64,000 nt of DNA from Myxococcota bacterium (GTDB lineage: Bacteria > Myxococcota_A > UBA796 > CAJQPC01): positions 1 to 64,000 of the forward strand of contig DASCPX010000091.1 of assembly GCA_036012755.1 (NCBI GenBank), in the 5' to 3' direction. Each line of letters begins with the position of its first letter. Positions within the stretch are counted from its first letter, which is position 1. Position numbers and translations under genes: made by a program. Shown in pieces: positions 10,191 through 19,752 of the stretch. Under the pieces are notes generated by a model. It made no database searches and had not been told where the DNA came from. It saw only the letters and a list, made by a program, of their open reading frames with translations.

Positions 10191-10780
10191 TCGCGCTGTT
10201 GGCCTGCACGACGCTGCACACGGTGGACGGCGCGAGGACGCTGGAGCCCGGCCAGGTACAGGTAGGTGCGGTGGGCTCGGTCCAGGGGCGCCAGAACGCG
10301 GCCTCGGTCGCTACCGGCATCCCCATCGCCCAAGGGGAGCTGGCCTTCCGGGTGGGGCTGGTCGAGGACGTCGACATCGGCACGCGCGTCTACATCGGCG
10401 GGCTGTACGCCGACCTGCGCTACCGCTTCGCCCAGCGGGGCCGCTGGCACTTCGCCGTGGCCCCGGGCATGGGCGGCATGATGCTGCCCATCCCAGCCCT
10501 GCCCGCTGGAGTCCTGGACTTCCGGGTGCCGGTGCGGGCCACTCGCGAGCTCGGCGACATCTGGGATCTGTCGGCCGGCGTGACCCCGATGGGTCGACGC
10601 CAGCTGGGTGCCTTCGACACCTACCTGGGCACCAACGGACGCATCGAGCTGCGCTTGCCGCACTTCTACCTGGGGGCGGGCTTCGACTGGTACATGCAGC
10701 CCGCCTACGGCTACAAGCCCGCCTGGGTGATCGGCATGGACCTCGGCTTCCGGGGCCGCTCCTCCGCCGAGCGCAGGTAG
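10187..10780 (+). CDS. putative lipoprotein/outer-membrane beta-barrel protein
   Basis: MIALLAC lipobox, ARTLEPG motif, amphipathic strands (ADLRYRF, IGMDLGF); GTGA overlap. Confidence 0.6.
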   Translation: MIALLACTTLHTVDGARTLEPGQVQVGAVGSVQGRQNAASVATGIPIAQGELAFRVGLVEDVDIGTRVYIGGLYADLRYRFAQRGRWHFAVAPGMGGMMLPIPALPAGVLDFRVPVRATRELGDIWDLSAGVTPMGRRQLGAFDTYLGTNGRIELRLPHFYLGAGFDWYMQPAYGYKPAWVIGMDLGFRGRSSAERR

Positions 10781-10790
10781 CCAGAGGCAG

Positions 10791-10827
10791 CTCGCCCCCG
10801 CGGAGCGCCAGGCTCGGCGGGGGCGAG
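10791..10827. terminator. GC-rich hairpin between convergent genes (possible bidirectional terminator or REP-like)
   Basis: Perfect 11-bp inverted repeat CTCGCCCCCGC/GCGGGGGCGAG with an inner GAGC/GCTC stem; no U-tract. Confidence 0.45.
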
Positions 10828-10841
10828 GGACCCAGATCCGT

Positions 10842-12743
10842 CTACCAGTAGTAGTACTCGCTGGCGCAGGGATCCGTGCCGCTGAAGGCGACGAAGCCGA
10901 GGGGCTCTGCGTCCTCGACGTCGACCACCGTGATGCCGGCGTTGCTGATGGCGTAGGCGGCGTCCTCGATGACCACGCTGCGGCGGAAGCTCGAGCAGTA
11001 CTCGTCGACGTCGCCCCCGTCGTAGAGGACCTCGTCCTGGTCGACACCGGCGATCTCCACCAGCTCCTCGCCCACGGCGGCGTGGATCAGCAGCATCTCG
11101 CTGTCGTAGCCCCAGCCGGCGGGCAGCAGCAGGCGGCTCTCCGGTGCGTACCAGTTGAAGGCGTGGTGGTCGCTCTGGGACTCGGACCAGTCAGCCGAGA
11201 GCTGCAGGCGGGACGAGAGCTGCGGATCGGCGAGGTCGTTCACGTCGAACATCGAGACCTGGAGGTTCTCGGCCCAGCCCTCGTCCGTGGCCTCCATGCC
11301 GACGGCGAGCAGGTAGCCGTCGCCCATCGGGTGGATGTAGTTGGAGAAGCCGGTGATCTCGAGCTCGCCGACCGCCTCTGGGGCCGCGTGGTCGGACAGG
11401 TCGAAGGTGAAGAGCGGGTCGATCTGCTCGAAGGTGACGACGTAGCCGACCTCCTCCTCGAAGCGGACCGCGAAGATCTGCTCGCCCTCGGCCAGGCCCT
11501 CGACCTCGCCCACGATCTCGAGGTCGCTGTTGGACTGCTCCTCGAGCACGTAGAGCCCTGCGCTGGTGTCCCAGCCTTCCGGATCCGCTGCGGTCGTCGC
11601 GATGCGCAGGTGGCCGTCCCATTCGTCCATGGCGAACTGGTTCAGGACCCAACCGGGGACCTCGCCGGAGGCCTGGTAGGAGGGCTCCTCGGGGCCGCCG
11701 CTGATGTCGAAGCGGTGGATGATGGTCTCGATGGTGGAGTCGAAGGACTGCCAGGGACCATCCGCCGCCTCGCTGCCGACGACATAGAGCGACTCGGCGT
11801 TTGCGTAGATGGCGTCGAGCGAGCCGAGCACCGAGGTGCCGACGAAGTCGCTGTCGGGGTCTTCGATGTCGAGGCTCTCGACGTTGACCATGTAGTTGCC
11901 GCTCTCGCGGTTGCTCCCGTAGACGTTCGAGCACCGGCTGACGTCCTCGTCCACAGAGGCCCACGCCTCGCCGGTGCGGAGGTTGTCGAAGCGGCCAGGC
12001 AGCCAGTCGTCCAGCGTGCTCACCTCGACCGCCTTCAGGGCGTCCTTCTTGTTCTCGTACCACTCGGTTCGGTTGATGCCGAGGTCGCTGTAGCTGACGA
12101 CGTAGAGGCGGCCGTCGACGAGGCGGGAGTCGTAGTTCGTGCCCTGGGTGTAGACCTCGCGCTGGACGGTGGGGACGTTCGGGTCGGAGACGTCGACGAT
12201 GGTGGTCTTCACGGTCGGACCGTTGCCGGCGTTGCGAGTGCTCGTGCCGCCGGACATCGGATCCGGGGTCTCCCAGCCGAGCTGCGAGACGACGACGAGG
12301 AGGTCACCGGTGAGGAACATGCCGTCGGCGATCCCCTCGATGCCCACCCGACCGATCTGGTCGATGTCCTCTGCCGGCCAGGCCTTCGTGATCACCAGCG
12401 AGTCACCCGCGAGCACGTAGATGTGGGTGCCGTCCGTCTCGATGAGGTCGGCCTCGTCGACGCCGGAGACCTGCGTGTTCGTGTCGCTGTAGCTGCGGTT
12501 GGCGCTGCCTCCTCCGTCCATGTCATCGACCTCGGCGGCCATGGAGGCGCTGTCCTGGGCCGAGACGTCGTACTTCGTGCCGAAGCCCCAGCCACCGCCG
12601 CCCCAGGAGTAGGCCCAGCGGATCTCCTCTTCGGCCTGTCCCTTCACCGCCTTCTCGAGGGCGTCGCAGTCCTTGAACGCTGAGAGTGAGTAGCCGGGGT
12701 CTCTGACGTTGCAGCCAGTGGCGATGAGCACGGAGAGGATCAT
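10842..12743 (-). CDS. secreted beta-propeller domain lipoprotein (Beta_propel family)
   Basis: YSDTNTQVSGVDEADLIETDG, LNQFAMDE, EQIFAVRF, YVVTFEQIDPLF, GELEITGFSNYIHP, DHHAF; AGGAG RBS; MILSVLIATGC. Confidence 0.88.
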   Translation of the reverse strand: MILSVLIATGCNVRDPGYSLSAFKDCDALEKAVKGQAEEEIRWAYSWGGGGWGFGTKYDVSAQDSASMAAEVDDMDGGGSANRSYSDTNTQVSGVDEADLIETDGTHIYVLAGDSLVITKAWPAEDIDQIGRVGIEGIADGMFLTGDLLVVVSQLGWETPDPMSGGTSTRNAGNGPTVKTTIVDVSDPNVPTVQREVYTQGTNYDSRLVDGRLYVVSYSDLGINRTEWYENKKDALKAVEVSTLDDWLPGRFDNLRTGEAWASVDEDVSRCSNVYGSNRESGNYMVNVESLDIEDPDSDFVGTSVLGSLDAIYANAESLYVVGSEAADGPWQSFDSTIETIIHRFDISGGPEEPSYQASGEVPGWVLNQFAMDEWDGHLRIATTAADPEGWDTSAGLYVLEEQSNSDLEIVGEVEGLAEGEQIFAVRFEEEVGYVVTFEQIDPLFTFDLSDHAAPEAVGELEITGFSNYIHPMGDGYLLAVGMEATDEGWAENLQVSMFDVNDLADPQLSSRLQLSADWSESQSDHHAFNWYAPESRLLLPAGWGYDSEMLLIHAAVGEELVEIAGVDQDEVLYDGGDVDEYCSSFRRSVVIEDAAYAISNAGITVVDVEDAEPLGFVAFSGTDPCASEYYYW

Positions 12744-12773
12744 GTGGGCTCCTGGGATGGGTATAGCAGCCAA

Positions 12774-12790
12774 CGCAAGCGGCGTGCCAC
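12774..12790 (-). promoter_or_regulatory. sigma-54 (-24/-12) promoter
   Basis: Minus strand reads GTGGCACGCCGCTTGCG = TGGCACG-N4-TTGC consensus, about 30 nt upstream of ATG 12743. Confidence 0.75.
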
Positions 12791-12863
12791 AAGGGACACG
12801 CCGCGTGATTCCAGGCACTTGACCGATGCCGCGGTCAGCGACCGCGACACCGATGTCAGAGCT

Positions 12864-13544
12864 TCACTCCTGGTACTCGCCGGGCTCCATGGAGCCGATG
12901 TCCTCTTCGAGGGCGACCTCGACGGTGTCACCGAGGACGGGGAGGTTCACGCGGTCCCCGATCGCGAGCCGGTCGAGGTCCTTGTCCCGGTTGAACTCGG
13001 ACAGCACCCACATCGGGATCTCTGCGATCTCGTCGGCCAGCTGGGAGGCCGTGTCGCCGGTGCGCACGCGGTGCTCGTCGACGCCGACCAGCCCGCCTCG
13101 GCGGGACATGTAGCGCTCGAGCTTGGCGTCGACGAAGGCCTGGCGCTCGGCCGTGTACTGGATGCTCTCCTCCTCGCCGCCGGGGAGCGCGATGCTCTGT
13201 CCGGCGAAGATCGGATCCGAGGGATCCATGTCGTCGTTGACTGCGAGGAGCTCCTCGACGGTCACGTCGCCCCAGTCTGCGATGAGCACCAGGTTCTCGC
13301 CGGAGCGGACGGCGACCGAGTAGGTGTCGACGGCTTCGGGCGCGATGGCCTCGATTGACTCCTCGAGCTCCACATCGGTGTCGAGCACCAGCTCGAGGTC
13401 GATGGCGGCCAGCTCCTCGACCGGCGGCGACTCGGTGGTCTCGACGAGCTCGAGGGCCTCTGAGGTCGGGGCGGTCTCCATGACCTCTGCGGTCTCGGAG
13501 TCGGTGCCGCAGGCGAACAGGGCGGAAAGGGCGATGACGATCAT
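12864..13544 (-). CDS. LysM peptidoglycan-binding lipoprotein (two LysM domains)
   Basis: VRSGENL..IA...VTVEELLAVN...IFAGQSIALP and HRVRTGDT...N.....LAIGDRVNLP; LFAC lipobox. Confidence 0.85.
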   Translation of the reverse strand: MIVIALSALFACGTDSETAEVMETAPTSEALELVETTESPPVEELAAIDLELVLDTDVELEESIEAIAPEAVDTYSVAVRSGENLVLIADWGDVTVEELLAVNDDMDPSDPIFAGQSIALPGGEEESIQYTAERQAFVDAKLERYMSRRGGLVGVDEHRVRTGDTASQLADEIAEIPMWVLSEFNRDKDLDRLAIGDRVNLPVLGDTVEVALEEDIGSMEPGEYQE

Positions 13545-13588
13545 GTGTTCTCCACTGGGTGAGTGACTCGTTTGTCGTCCAGAGAGGT

Positions 13589-13605
13589 TTCAAGCCCTGT
13601 GCCAG
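13589..13605 (-). promoter_or_regulatory. candidate sigma-54 promoter for the LysM gene
   Basis: CTGGCACAGGGCTTGAA on the minus strand: perfect -24, with TTGA instead of TTGC at -12. Confidence 0.5.
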
Positions 13606-13640
13606 TTGGATCCGTCGAGTGATCTCGGCCACTTGCAGAG

Positions 13641-13657
13641 TTGGCACAATTTGTGCG
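13641..13657 (+). promoter_or_regulatory. candidate sigma-54 promoter
   Basis: TTGGCACAATTTGTGCG: GG-N10-GC spacing with TGGCAC at -24. Confidence 0.55.
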
Positions 13658-13697
13658 CCCATCCGCTTCGACTTTTTGTGTACGCGTGATCTACTTC

Positions 13698-14294
13698 ATG
13701 CTCATGCTGCTGTTGTTCTTGACCCTTGCCTTCGCCTCCGAGGCCGTAGCGGAGGGCGTCGTCCAAGAGGTCGACCCAACGGTCAAGGCCGAGTACTGGC
13801 GGCTCCACGACGAGATGCAGCGGCTCGCGAAGCGCCAGGTCTGGACGGGCGTGGCGCGCCTGTATGCCGAGATCGACGAGCTCGAAGGCATCGAACCGGG
13901 CTACGACGATTTCGTCGCAGGGGCGATGGCCGCGCGGCACGAGGGCGAGGTGCTGCTGGCCTACGAGCGGCTCACAGCGGCCGCCAAGCTCGACGGCACC
14001 CGAGAGGTCATCGAGTGGCTCTGGTCCATCGACACCGCCTACGGGCGCGTGCAGCTCGGCACGGATCCGCCTGGCCCGACGACCCTGTCCATCGAGCAGA
14101 TGCCGATGCTGCCGGACCAGCGCGCCGCCGTGGAGGCCGCGCGCCGCAGCATCGAGGAAGACGGCCTCTACGACGGCATGCTGCCGGAGGGGACCTACAC
14201 CTTCGCCGACCAGACCTTCACCGTCACCGCCGGTCCCAAGGAGGTCAACATCATCGTGACGCCCTTGGAGGACAAGCGCCGCACGAAGCGCTGA
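13698..14294 (+). CDS. hypothetical secreted protein
   Basis: Signal MLMLLLFLTLAFA, helical N-domain and beta-rich C-domain; coding-like codon bias; start uncertain. Confidence 0.65.
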   Translation: MLMLLLFLTLAFASEAVAEGVVQEVDPTVKAEYWRLHDEMQRLAKRQVWTGVARLYAEIDELEGIEPGYDDFVAGAMAARHEGEVLLAYERLTAAAKLDGTREVIEWLWSIDTAYGRVQLGTDPPGPTTLSIEQMPMLPDQRAAVEAARRSIEEDGLYDGMLPEGTYTFADQTFTVTAGPKEVNIIVTPLEDKRRTKR

Positions 14295-14295
14295 G

Positions 14296-15366
14296 GTGCG
14301 CATCCTGCACCTTGCCGACCGGCTGTCCCGGCGTGGGGGCGCCGACAATCACCTCCGTGACCTCTGCACGGCGCTGGCGCTACGCCACCGGGTGAAGCTC
14401 GCGGTGGGCCGACGACGGGCCTCCGATCCACCCGGGGTCTCGGTGGTCGAGGTCCGAGGCCTGGCAGCCACGGTGCAGTCGGCGGCCGGCCTCGATGGCC
14501 TCGACGCCCTGCTCGACGAGGCGGAGCTGGTGCACCTCCACAACGTGATGAACCCAGAGGTCCTGCGTCGGGCGACCAGGCGGGCCAGGACCGTGGTGAC
14601 GATCCAGGATCACCGCCTGTTCTGTCCGGGGCCAGGGCGCACCCTGCCCGACGGGGGCCCCTGCGGGCTGCGCTTCGAGGCAGAGGCCTGCGCCGGCTGC
14701 CTTCCTGACCCGAGCTACCGCGAGCGCATGGTGGCCACGACCGAGGCGCGGCGCTCGGCCTTGGAGGGCACACCGGTCATCGTGCTGAGCGAGTACATGC
14801 GCGAGGAGGTGACAGCGGCCGGCCTGGGACCGGTGCGGGTGATCCCACCATGGGTGGAGGCCGCGCCCGAGCCGGCTGGACCAGGGGAGGGGACGGTCAT
14901 CGCCGGGAGGCTGGTCGCCCACAAGGACCCGCTGATGGCCTGGCGCGCCTGGAAGCGTGTCGGCGGGACACTCCGCGTCTGCGGGGTCGGCGGCTTGCGG
15001 AACCAGCTGCTCGGAGCCGAGCAGCTTGGCTGGGTGTCGCGCCAGGTGCTGCGCAACGTGCTGGCGGCCTCACGTGTGCTGCTGTTCCCGGCTCGCTGGC
15101 AGGAGCCCTTCGGCATCGTCGGCGTAGAGGCCCTGGCGGTCGGGACGCCGGTCATCGCGATGGCCCGAGGGGGCATCCCCGAGTGGGCGCAGGCTGGCGT
15201 GATCCTCGTCGAGGACGAGGACCAGATGAGCGAGGCGCTGGCTCGCCTGTCGGCGGATCCGGACCAAGCCGCGCGCCTCGGCCGCGAGGGCTGGGAGCGC
15301 GTGCGCGAGACCTACGCCAAGGGCCGGATCCTGCCGCTCTACGACGAGGTCCTCAGAACAGGGTGA
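14296..15366 (+). CDS. glycosyltransferase family 4
   Basis: GGA, VHLHN, TIQDH, GRLVAHKD, EPFGIVGVEALAVGTPVIA..GGIPE. Confidence 0.9.
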   Translation: MRILHLADRLSRRGGADNHLRDLCTALALRHRVKLAVGRRRASDPPGVSVVEVRGLAATVQSAAGLDGLDALLDEAELVHLHNVMNPEVLRRATRRARTVVTIQDHRLFCPGPGRTLPDGGPCGLRFEAEACAGCLPDPSYRERMVATTEARRSALEGTPVIVLSEYMREEVTAAGLGPVRVIPPWVEAAPEPAGPGEGTVIAGRLVAHKDPLMAWRAWKRVGGTLRVCGVGGLRNQLLGAEQLGWVSRQVLRNVLAASRVLLFPARWQEPFGIVGVEALAVGTPVIAMARGGIPEWAQAGVILVEDEDQMSEALARLSADPDQAARLGREGWERVRETYAKGRILPLYDEVLRTG

Positions 15367-15892
15367 GCGTCTTGCTCGAGTCGATGGGCGTGCCGTCGAT
15401 GGTGCCCTCGACCTCGAAGGCGAGGCTGTTGCTCGTGATCTCGCCGGTGACCGTGTAGTCCACGAGGCCGGTGCCGGTGGCATCGCCGGTGGCCTCGATC
15501 TCGCCGTAGACCGTGTAGACCAGGCTGCCGCCGGTGTGGTCACCCTCCAGATCGAGGGTCCACTCGAGCCCGCCGTTGAGGGTGATGCCCTCGTCGACCA
15601 CCTCGATGTACTCCAGGCTCCACTGTCCGCTCCAGGTCGTGTCCGTCCAGCTGGCCGAGCCGGCGAGATCGACCTGGCCCGTCCACTCCGTGGTGCCGAC
15701 GACGCTGCCCTCGAAGGCGAAGCCGTCTTCCTCGGAGGTCCAGGTGAAGGTCCCGGAGTCCCGGGCCGTCGCGGTCTCCGAGTCCGCGTAGGTGGTGGTG
15801 TAGGCGTCGAAGCCCACGCGGTTGGCGCGCTCGAAGACCATGTTGGCCTCCTGCGGGCTCATGCCGGAACAAGCGACGACAAACAGGAACAT
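15353..15892 (-). CDS. hypothetical all-beta lipoprotein
   Basis: MFLFVVAC; GAGGAG upstream; Thr/Gly/acid-rich beta strands. Confidence 0.7.
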   Translation of the reverse strand: MFLFVVACSGMSPQEANMVFERANRVGFDAYTTTYADSETATARDSGTFTWTSEEDGFAFEGSVVGTTEWTGQVDLAGSASWTDTTWSGQWSLEYIEVVDEGITLNGGLEWTLDLEGDHTGGSLVYTVYGEIEATGDATGTGLVDYTVTGEITSNSLAFEVEGTIDGTPIDSSKTLTLF

Positions 15893-16016
15893 TGGGGTCT
15901 CCTCGGTGCCCTGGTGACACCTGGACTAACCCGAAGCGCTACCGAGCTTCTTCCCCCGGCACCTCGAAGGGCTCCTCCTCGGACCGAGACTTGCGCTGGA
16001 GGGTAGGCTCCCGTGG

Positions 16017-16982
16017 ATGGACTTCTTCCTTTTCATCCTCAGCATGACCTTCGCGGTCGTGCCGCTCGTCCTCGCCCTCTGGTTGGTGTGGTGGCTCGAC
16101 CGCTACGACCGGGAGCCGCCCTGGCTCGTGGGCCTGTCGTTTTCGTGGGGGGGCATCGGGGGCGTGATCTTCGCGCTGATCGGCAGCTCGATCGTGATGT
16201 TTCCCATCGAGCTGGTCGCCTCACCGGCGGTCGCCGACAGCATCAGCGCCACCTTCGTCGCGCCCCTGGTGGAGGAGCCCGCGAAGGCGCTGATCCTCCT
16301 GTTCATCGTCTTCTCGCGCCACTTCGACAACACGACCGATGGCTTCGTCTACGGGGCCGCCTGTGGCCTCGGCTTCGGCGTGACAGAGAACTTCATGTAC
16401 TTCTGGAGCGTCGGAGCCACCGGTGACATGGACGCCTATGTCGGCACGGTCGTGGTCCGCACGCTGTACTCGGCGATGATGCACGCTGCCGCCTCCAGCA
16501 CCATAGGGGCGGCGCTGGGTTTCGCGAAGTTCCGGGGGATCGGGGTCAAGCTCATCGTGCCGCTGTTCGGCCTGGGCGTCGCCATGAGCATCCACGCCTT
16601 GTGGAACGGCCTGCTCACCGCAGAGGGCATCGTCGGCGCCGGCGGCGCACTCGCGGTGCTGAACTTCCTCCTGTTCCCCCTGGAGTTCCTCACGCTGTTC
16701 ATCATCTTCCAGGCATGCCTCTGGAGTGAGAAGAGCATGATCCGACGGGAGCTCGAGGGCGAGGTGCCGGCGGCCCACCTGCCGTTCCTGGCCAGCTACC
16801 TGGCGCGCAACAAGAAGTCCTGGCTACCGCCCGGGGTGCCTCACGACGCCTACATCGTGGCCGCGACGAACCTGGCCTTCCGCAAACACCAGGTCCGCCA
16901 CGCGAGGAACAAGAAGTTCTACGAGCAGGAGGTCGGCAAGCTCCGCTCTGAAGTCCAGGGGTTGTTGTCGAAGGCCGCCTGA
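16017..16982 (+). CDS. PrsW family intramembrane metalloprotease
   Basis: DRYDREP, APLVEEPAK, DGFVYG, GLGFGVTEN, MMH and HALWN motifs. Confidence 0.92.
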   Translation: MDFFLFILSMTFAVVPLVLALWLVWWLDRYDREPPWLVGLSFSWGGIGGVIFALIGSSIVMFPIELVASPAVADSISATFVAPLVEEPAKALILLFIVFSRHFDNTTDGFVYGAACGLGFGVTENFMYFWSVGATGDMDAYVGTVVVRTLYSAMMHAAASSTIGAALGFAKFRGIGVKLIVPLFGLGVAMSIHALWNGLLTAEGIVGAGGALAVLNFLLFPLEFLTLFIIFQACLWSEKSMIRRELEGEVPAAHLPFLASYLARNKKSWLPPGVPHDAYIVAATNLAFRKHQVRHARNKKFYEQEVGKLRSEVQGLLSKAA

Positions 16983-16986
16983 GGCG

Positions 16987-18408
16987 GTGCGCCTCACCAA
17001 AAAGCGATCCACGACCGATCACGAGGATATGCGGCCCCTCCGATACCTGCGCAACGAGCTCCTGCCAGCGCTCGAGCGCAAGCCAGCGCGAGTCCTGGCG
17101 TGGCAAGGCACCTCGATGCTGGCCAGCGGCCTGCTGGGTATCGGGGCCCTGGCGCTGTTCGCTGCTTCCCCAGACACCGCCACGCGCACCATCAGCGGGG
17201 CCCTGGTCTGCACCTCGTTCATCCTCGGCGGCCTGTCGTTCTGGGGAGCCTGGTTCGTCATCTCCCGCAGCGTCCACGGCCTCCACACAGAGGTCGAGGC
17301 CAGCCAGCTGACCCTGGCCACGGCGCTCGACGGCATCCGCATGGACGCAGTGGTCGAGCGCAGCGAGGACTGGAACCTCGAGCTGCGCGACGCCATCTCG
17401 CGCCTCGAGGATGAGCATCGCTGCCTGCACGCCACGCTCTCGGCGGAGCGGCTCCAGGGGAGCTTCGTCCGCGACCTGGCAGAGGCCCTCGAGATCGCCG
17501 ACACAGAGGTCGAGGTCTTCCAGACCGCCGAGCGCGCGGCGAAGCTGGCGGTCCGGGGCGCCTTCCAGCTCATCGCCGCCTCCGAAGGTCGGATGGTCTG
17601 GGAGGTCAGCACGGAGGAGGCAGCCTGTCGCTGCGAGAGCGCCCGCACCTGTCCGGCCATGCGCAAGGGGAGGACGATGCGCTTCTCCCCGGGCTCCGGC
17701 CTGGCGCGCTGCAACCAGCTCGTCGACGACGACGCCCACGCGGTCTGCACCCCCGTCGCAGCGGCCGGCCAGACGATCGCCGTCGCCCAGGCCAGCTGGG
17801 TCGGCCCCGAGCGTCCCCAGCAGATCGCCAGCCTGGAGGCCCTCGCGACCCAGCTGGGAGCCCGCCTCGGCGTGGTGCGCACGCTCCAGGAGCGCGAGGT
17901 CCAGGCCTCGACCGACGCCCTCACGGGGCTCGCCAACCGGCGCTGCATGAACGAGCTCGGCCGGGAGTTGGAGGATCGCGACGGCGAGTACGCCGTCATC
18001 GCCTGCGATCTCGACCACTTCAAGCGCCTGAACGACACCTGGGGTCACGAGCTCGGCGACCGCTGCCTGAAGCTCTTCTCCAGGGTCCTCGAAGAGGTCT
18101 GTCGGAGCAGCGACCGCCCCTGCCGCCCTGGCGGCGAGGAGTTCACCGTCATCCTCCCGGCCAGCAACGCCCTCAACGCCATCCGCGTCGCCGAGCGAAT
18201 CCGCGACCGCCTCGCCCAGGCAGTCGCCGGAACCGCCGCGCCCTTCACCGTCTCGATGGGCGTCGCGGGCAGCGAGCACGGCGGCAGCTTCGAAGAGGTG
18301 CTCTGTCTCGCCGACACCGCGCTCTATGCCGCAAAGGAAGCCGGCCGCGACCGCGTGAGGTTGCACGGCGCGCTCTCAGAGGTCACCAGGGACATCGAGG
18401 CGGCCTAG
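16987..18408 (+). CDS. membrane-anchored GAF-GGDEF diguanylate cyclase
   Basis: Two TM helices, coiled coil, GAF-like region, TDALTGLANRR, DLDHFKRLNDTWGH, RSSD I-site and GGEEF; start may be ATG 17029. Confidence 0.9.
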   Translation: MRLTKKRSTTDHEDMRPLRYLRNELLPALERKPARVLAWQGTSMLASGLLGIGALALFAASPDTATRTISGALVCTSFILGGLSFWGAWFVISRSVHGLHTEVEASQLTLATALDGIRMDAVVERSEDWNLELRDAISRLEDEHRCLHATLSAERLQGSFVRDLAEALEIADTEVEVFQTAERAAKLAVRGAFQLIAASEGRMVWEVSTEEAACRCESARTCPAMRKGRTMRFSPGSGLARCNQLVDDDAHAVCTPVAAAGQTIAVAQASWVGPERPQQIASLEALATQLGARLGVVRTLQEREVQASTDALTGLANRRCMNELGRELEDRDGEYAVIACDLDHFKRLNDTWGHELGDRCLKLFSRVLEEVCRSSDRPCRPGGEEFTVILPASNALNAIRVAERIRDRLAQAVAGTAAPFTVSMGVAGSEHGGSFEEVLCLADTALYAAKEAGRDRVRLHGALSEVTRDIEAA

Positions 18409-18416
18409 CCCTAGCG

Positions 18417-19727
18417 CTAGACGACCAGGGCCGCCCACCGCCCGCGCCAGGTCGCGTGGCCCTTGAGGATCGACTTGGCGATCGTCGTCACGTTGACCGC
18501 CCACCAGATGCCGACGGCGCCCATGCCGAGGGGCTCGGCGAGGACCCAGGCCAGCGGGATGCGGACGACGTTGAGCGGCACGGACAGCCAGAAGAGGGTC
18601 TTCGTGTCCCCGGCGCCGCCCAGCACACCCTCGGACAGCGCCTCCCAGGCCACGAAGACCTGGGAGAAGGCCAGCACCATGGCGTAGTCCGTGGCCGCGT
18701 GATGCACGGCCTCGTCCTCTGTGAACAGGCCGGTGAGGGCATCTCCGCCGAAGTAGAAGGCCCCCGCGGCGAAGAGTCCGGCCGCCGTCGACAGCCACCA
18801 GGCCTGGCGGATCGCCGCCCAGGCGACCTCCGGCTCGTTCGCGCCCAGGGCACGCCCGACGACCGAAGCCACGGCGATGCTGATGCCCCAGAAGGCGGGC
18901 CAGGTGAAGCCCTCCAGGGCAGAGAAGCCGATGCCCAGCGCGGCGTTGACGTGCGGTCCCTGGGGGGAGATCGAGGTCTTGAGCATCGCCCAATAGACCG
19001 CCGCGTAGAGGAAGGTCCCGAGCGCCATCGGGAAGCCGACGCGCACCACCCTAGGCAGCTGTCCGGGATCGAGGCGCAGGTCGGCGAAGGACAGCTCCAG
19101 GCGGCGAGCGAGCAGGGCGACGCCGACCCCGGTCGTCAACAGCCGCGAGAGGTTGCTCGCCAGGGCGGCGCCCACCACGCCCCAGTCGAACACCAGGACG
19201 AACAGCGGCGTCAAGGCAACGTTGATCAGGAGACTCACGCCCTGGAGCCACATCGGGGTGCGGGTGTCCCCCATCGCGATGAAGGCCTGGTCCACCAGCG
19301 GCGTGAGCGCCAGGGGCATCAGTGTCCAGCCGAGAGCCGTGAGGTAGCGCGTGCACTCCGTCGCCGCGCCGCCCTCCAGGCCGACCGCCACTGTGATCTG
19401 CGCCGAGAGGAGGACCAGGACCACGCTCATCGCGACGCCGGTGAGCGCGGCCAGTGACAGCGCCGTGCCCAGGATCCGCCGGCGCAGCGCCGGGTCCCGC
19501 GCCCCGGTCGCCCGGGCGATCAGGGGCCCCGCCCCGAGGGCCGCCAGGTAGAAAGGCGAGGCCAGGGCGATCAGGACGAAGACAGAACTCCCGATCGCCG
19601 CCTGCGCGTCGGTCGACACGAACTGGATGAAGTACTGGTCTACCGAGCGGTAGGCGTTGGTCAGGATGACCGAGAGCATGCTGGGAATGGCCAGCGCCAA
19701 CAGCTCCCGGGTGCTCAGCGGCTTCAC
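18417..19727 (-). CDS. MATE family efflux transporter
   Basis: LAIPSML, GDTRTPM, GVVGAALAS, GAGDTKT; about 12 TM helices. Confidence 0.92.
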   Translation of the reverse strand: MKPLSTRELLALAIPSMLSVILTNAYRSVDQYFIQFVSTDAQAAIGSSVFVLIALASPFYLAALGAGPLIARATGARDPALRRRILGTALSLAALTGVAMSVVLVLLSAQITVAVGLEGGAATECTRYLTALGWTLMPLALTPLVDQAFIAMGDTRTPMWLQGVSLLINVALTPLFVLVFDWGVVGAALASNLSRLLTTGVGVALLARRLELSFADLRLDPGQLPRVVRVGFPMALGTFLYAAVYWAMLKTSISPQGPHVNAALGIGFSALEGFTWPAFWGISIAVASVVGRALGANEPEVAWAAIRQAWWLSTAAGLFAAGAFYFGGDALTGLFTEDEAVHHAATDYAMVLAFSQVFVAWEALSEGVLGGAGDTKTLFWLSVPLNVVRIPLAWVLAEPLGMGAVGIWWAVNVTTIAKSILKGHATWRGRWAALVV

Positions 19728-19752
19728 CGGCGCGTCCTATCCTGACCGGCGC

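Noticed and set aside
13672..13690. CTTTTTGT...CGTGAT similarity to 37501-37521
   Set aside because: Different spacing (5 versus 7 nt) and short; could be chance
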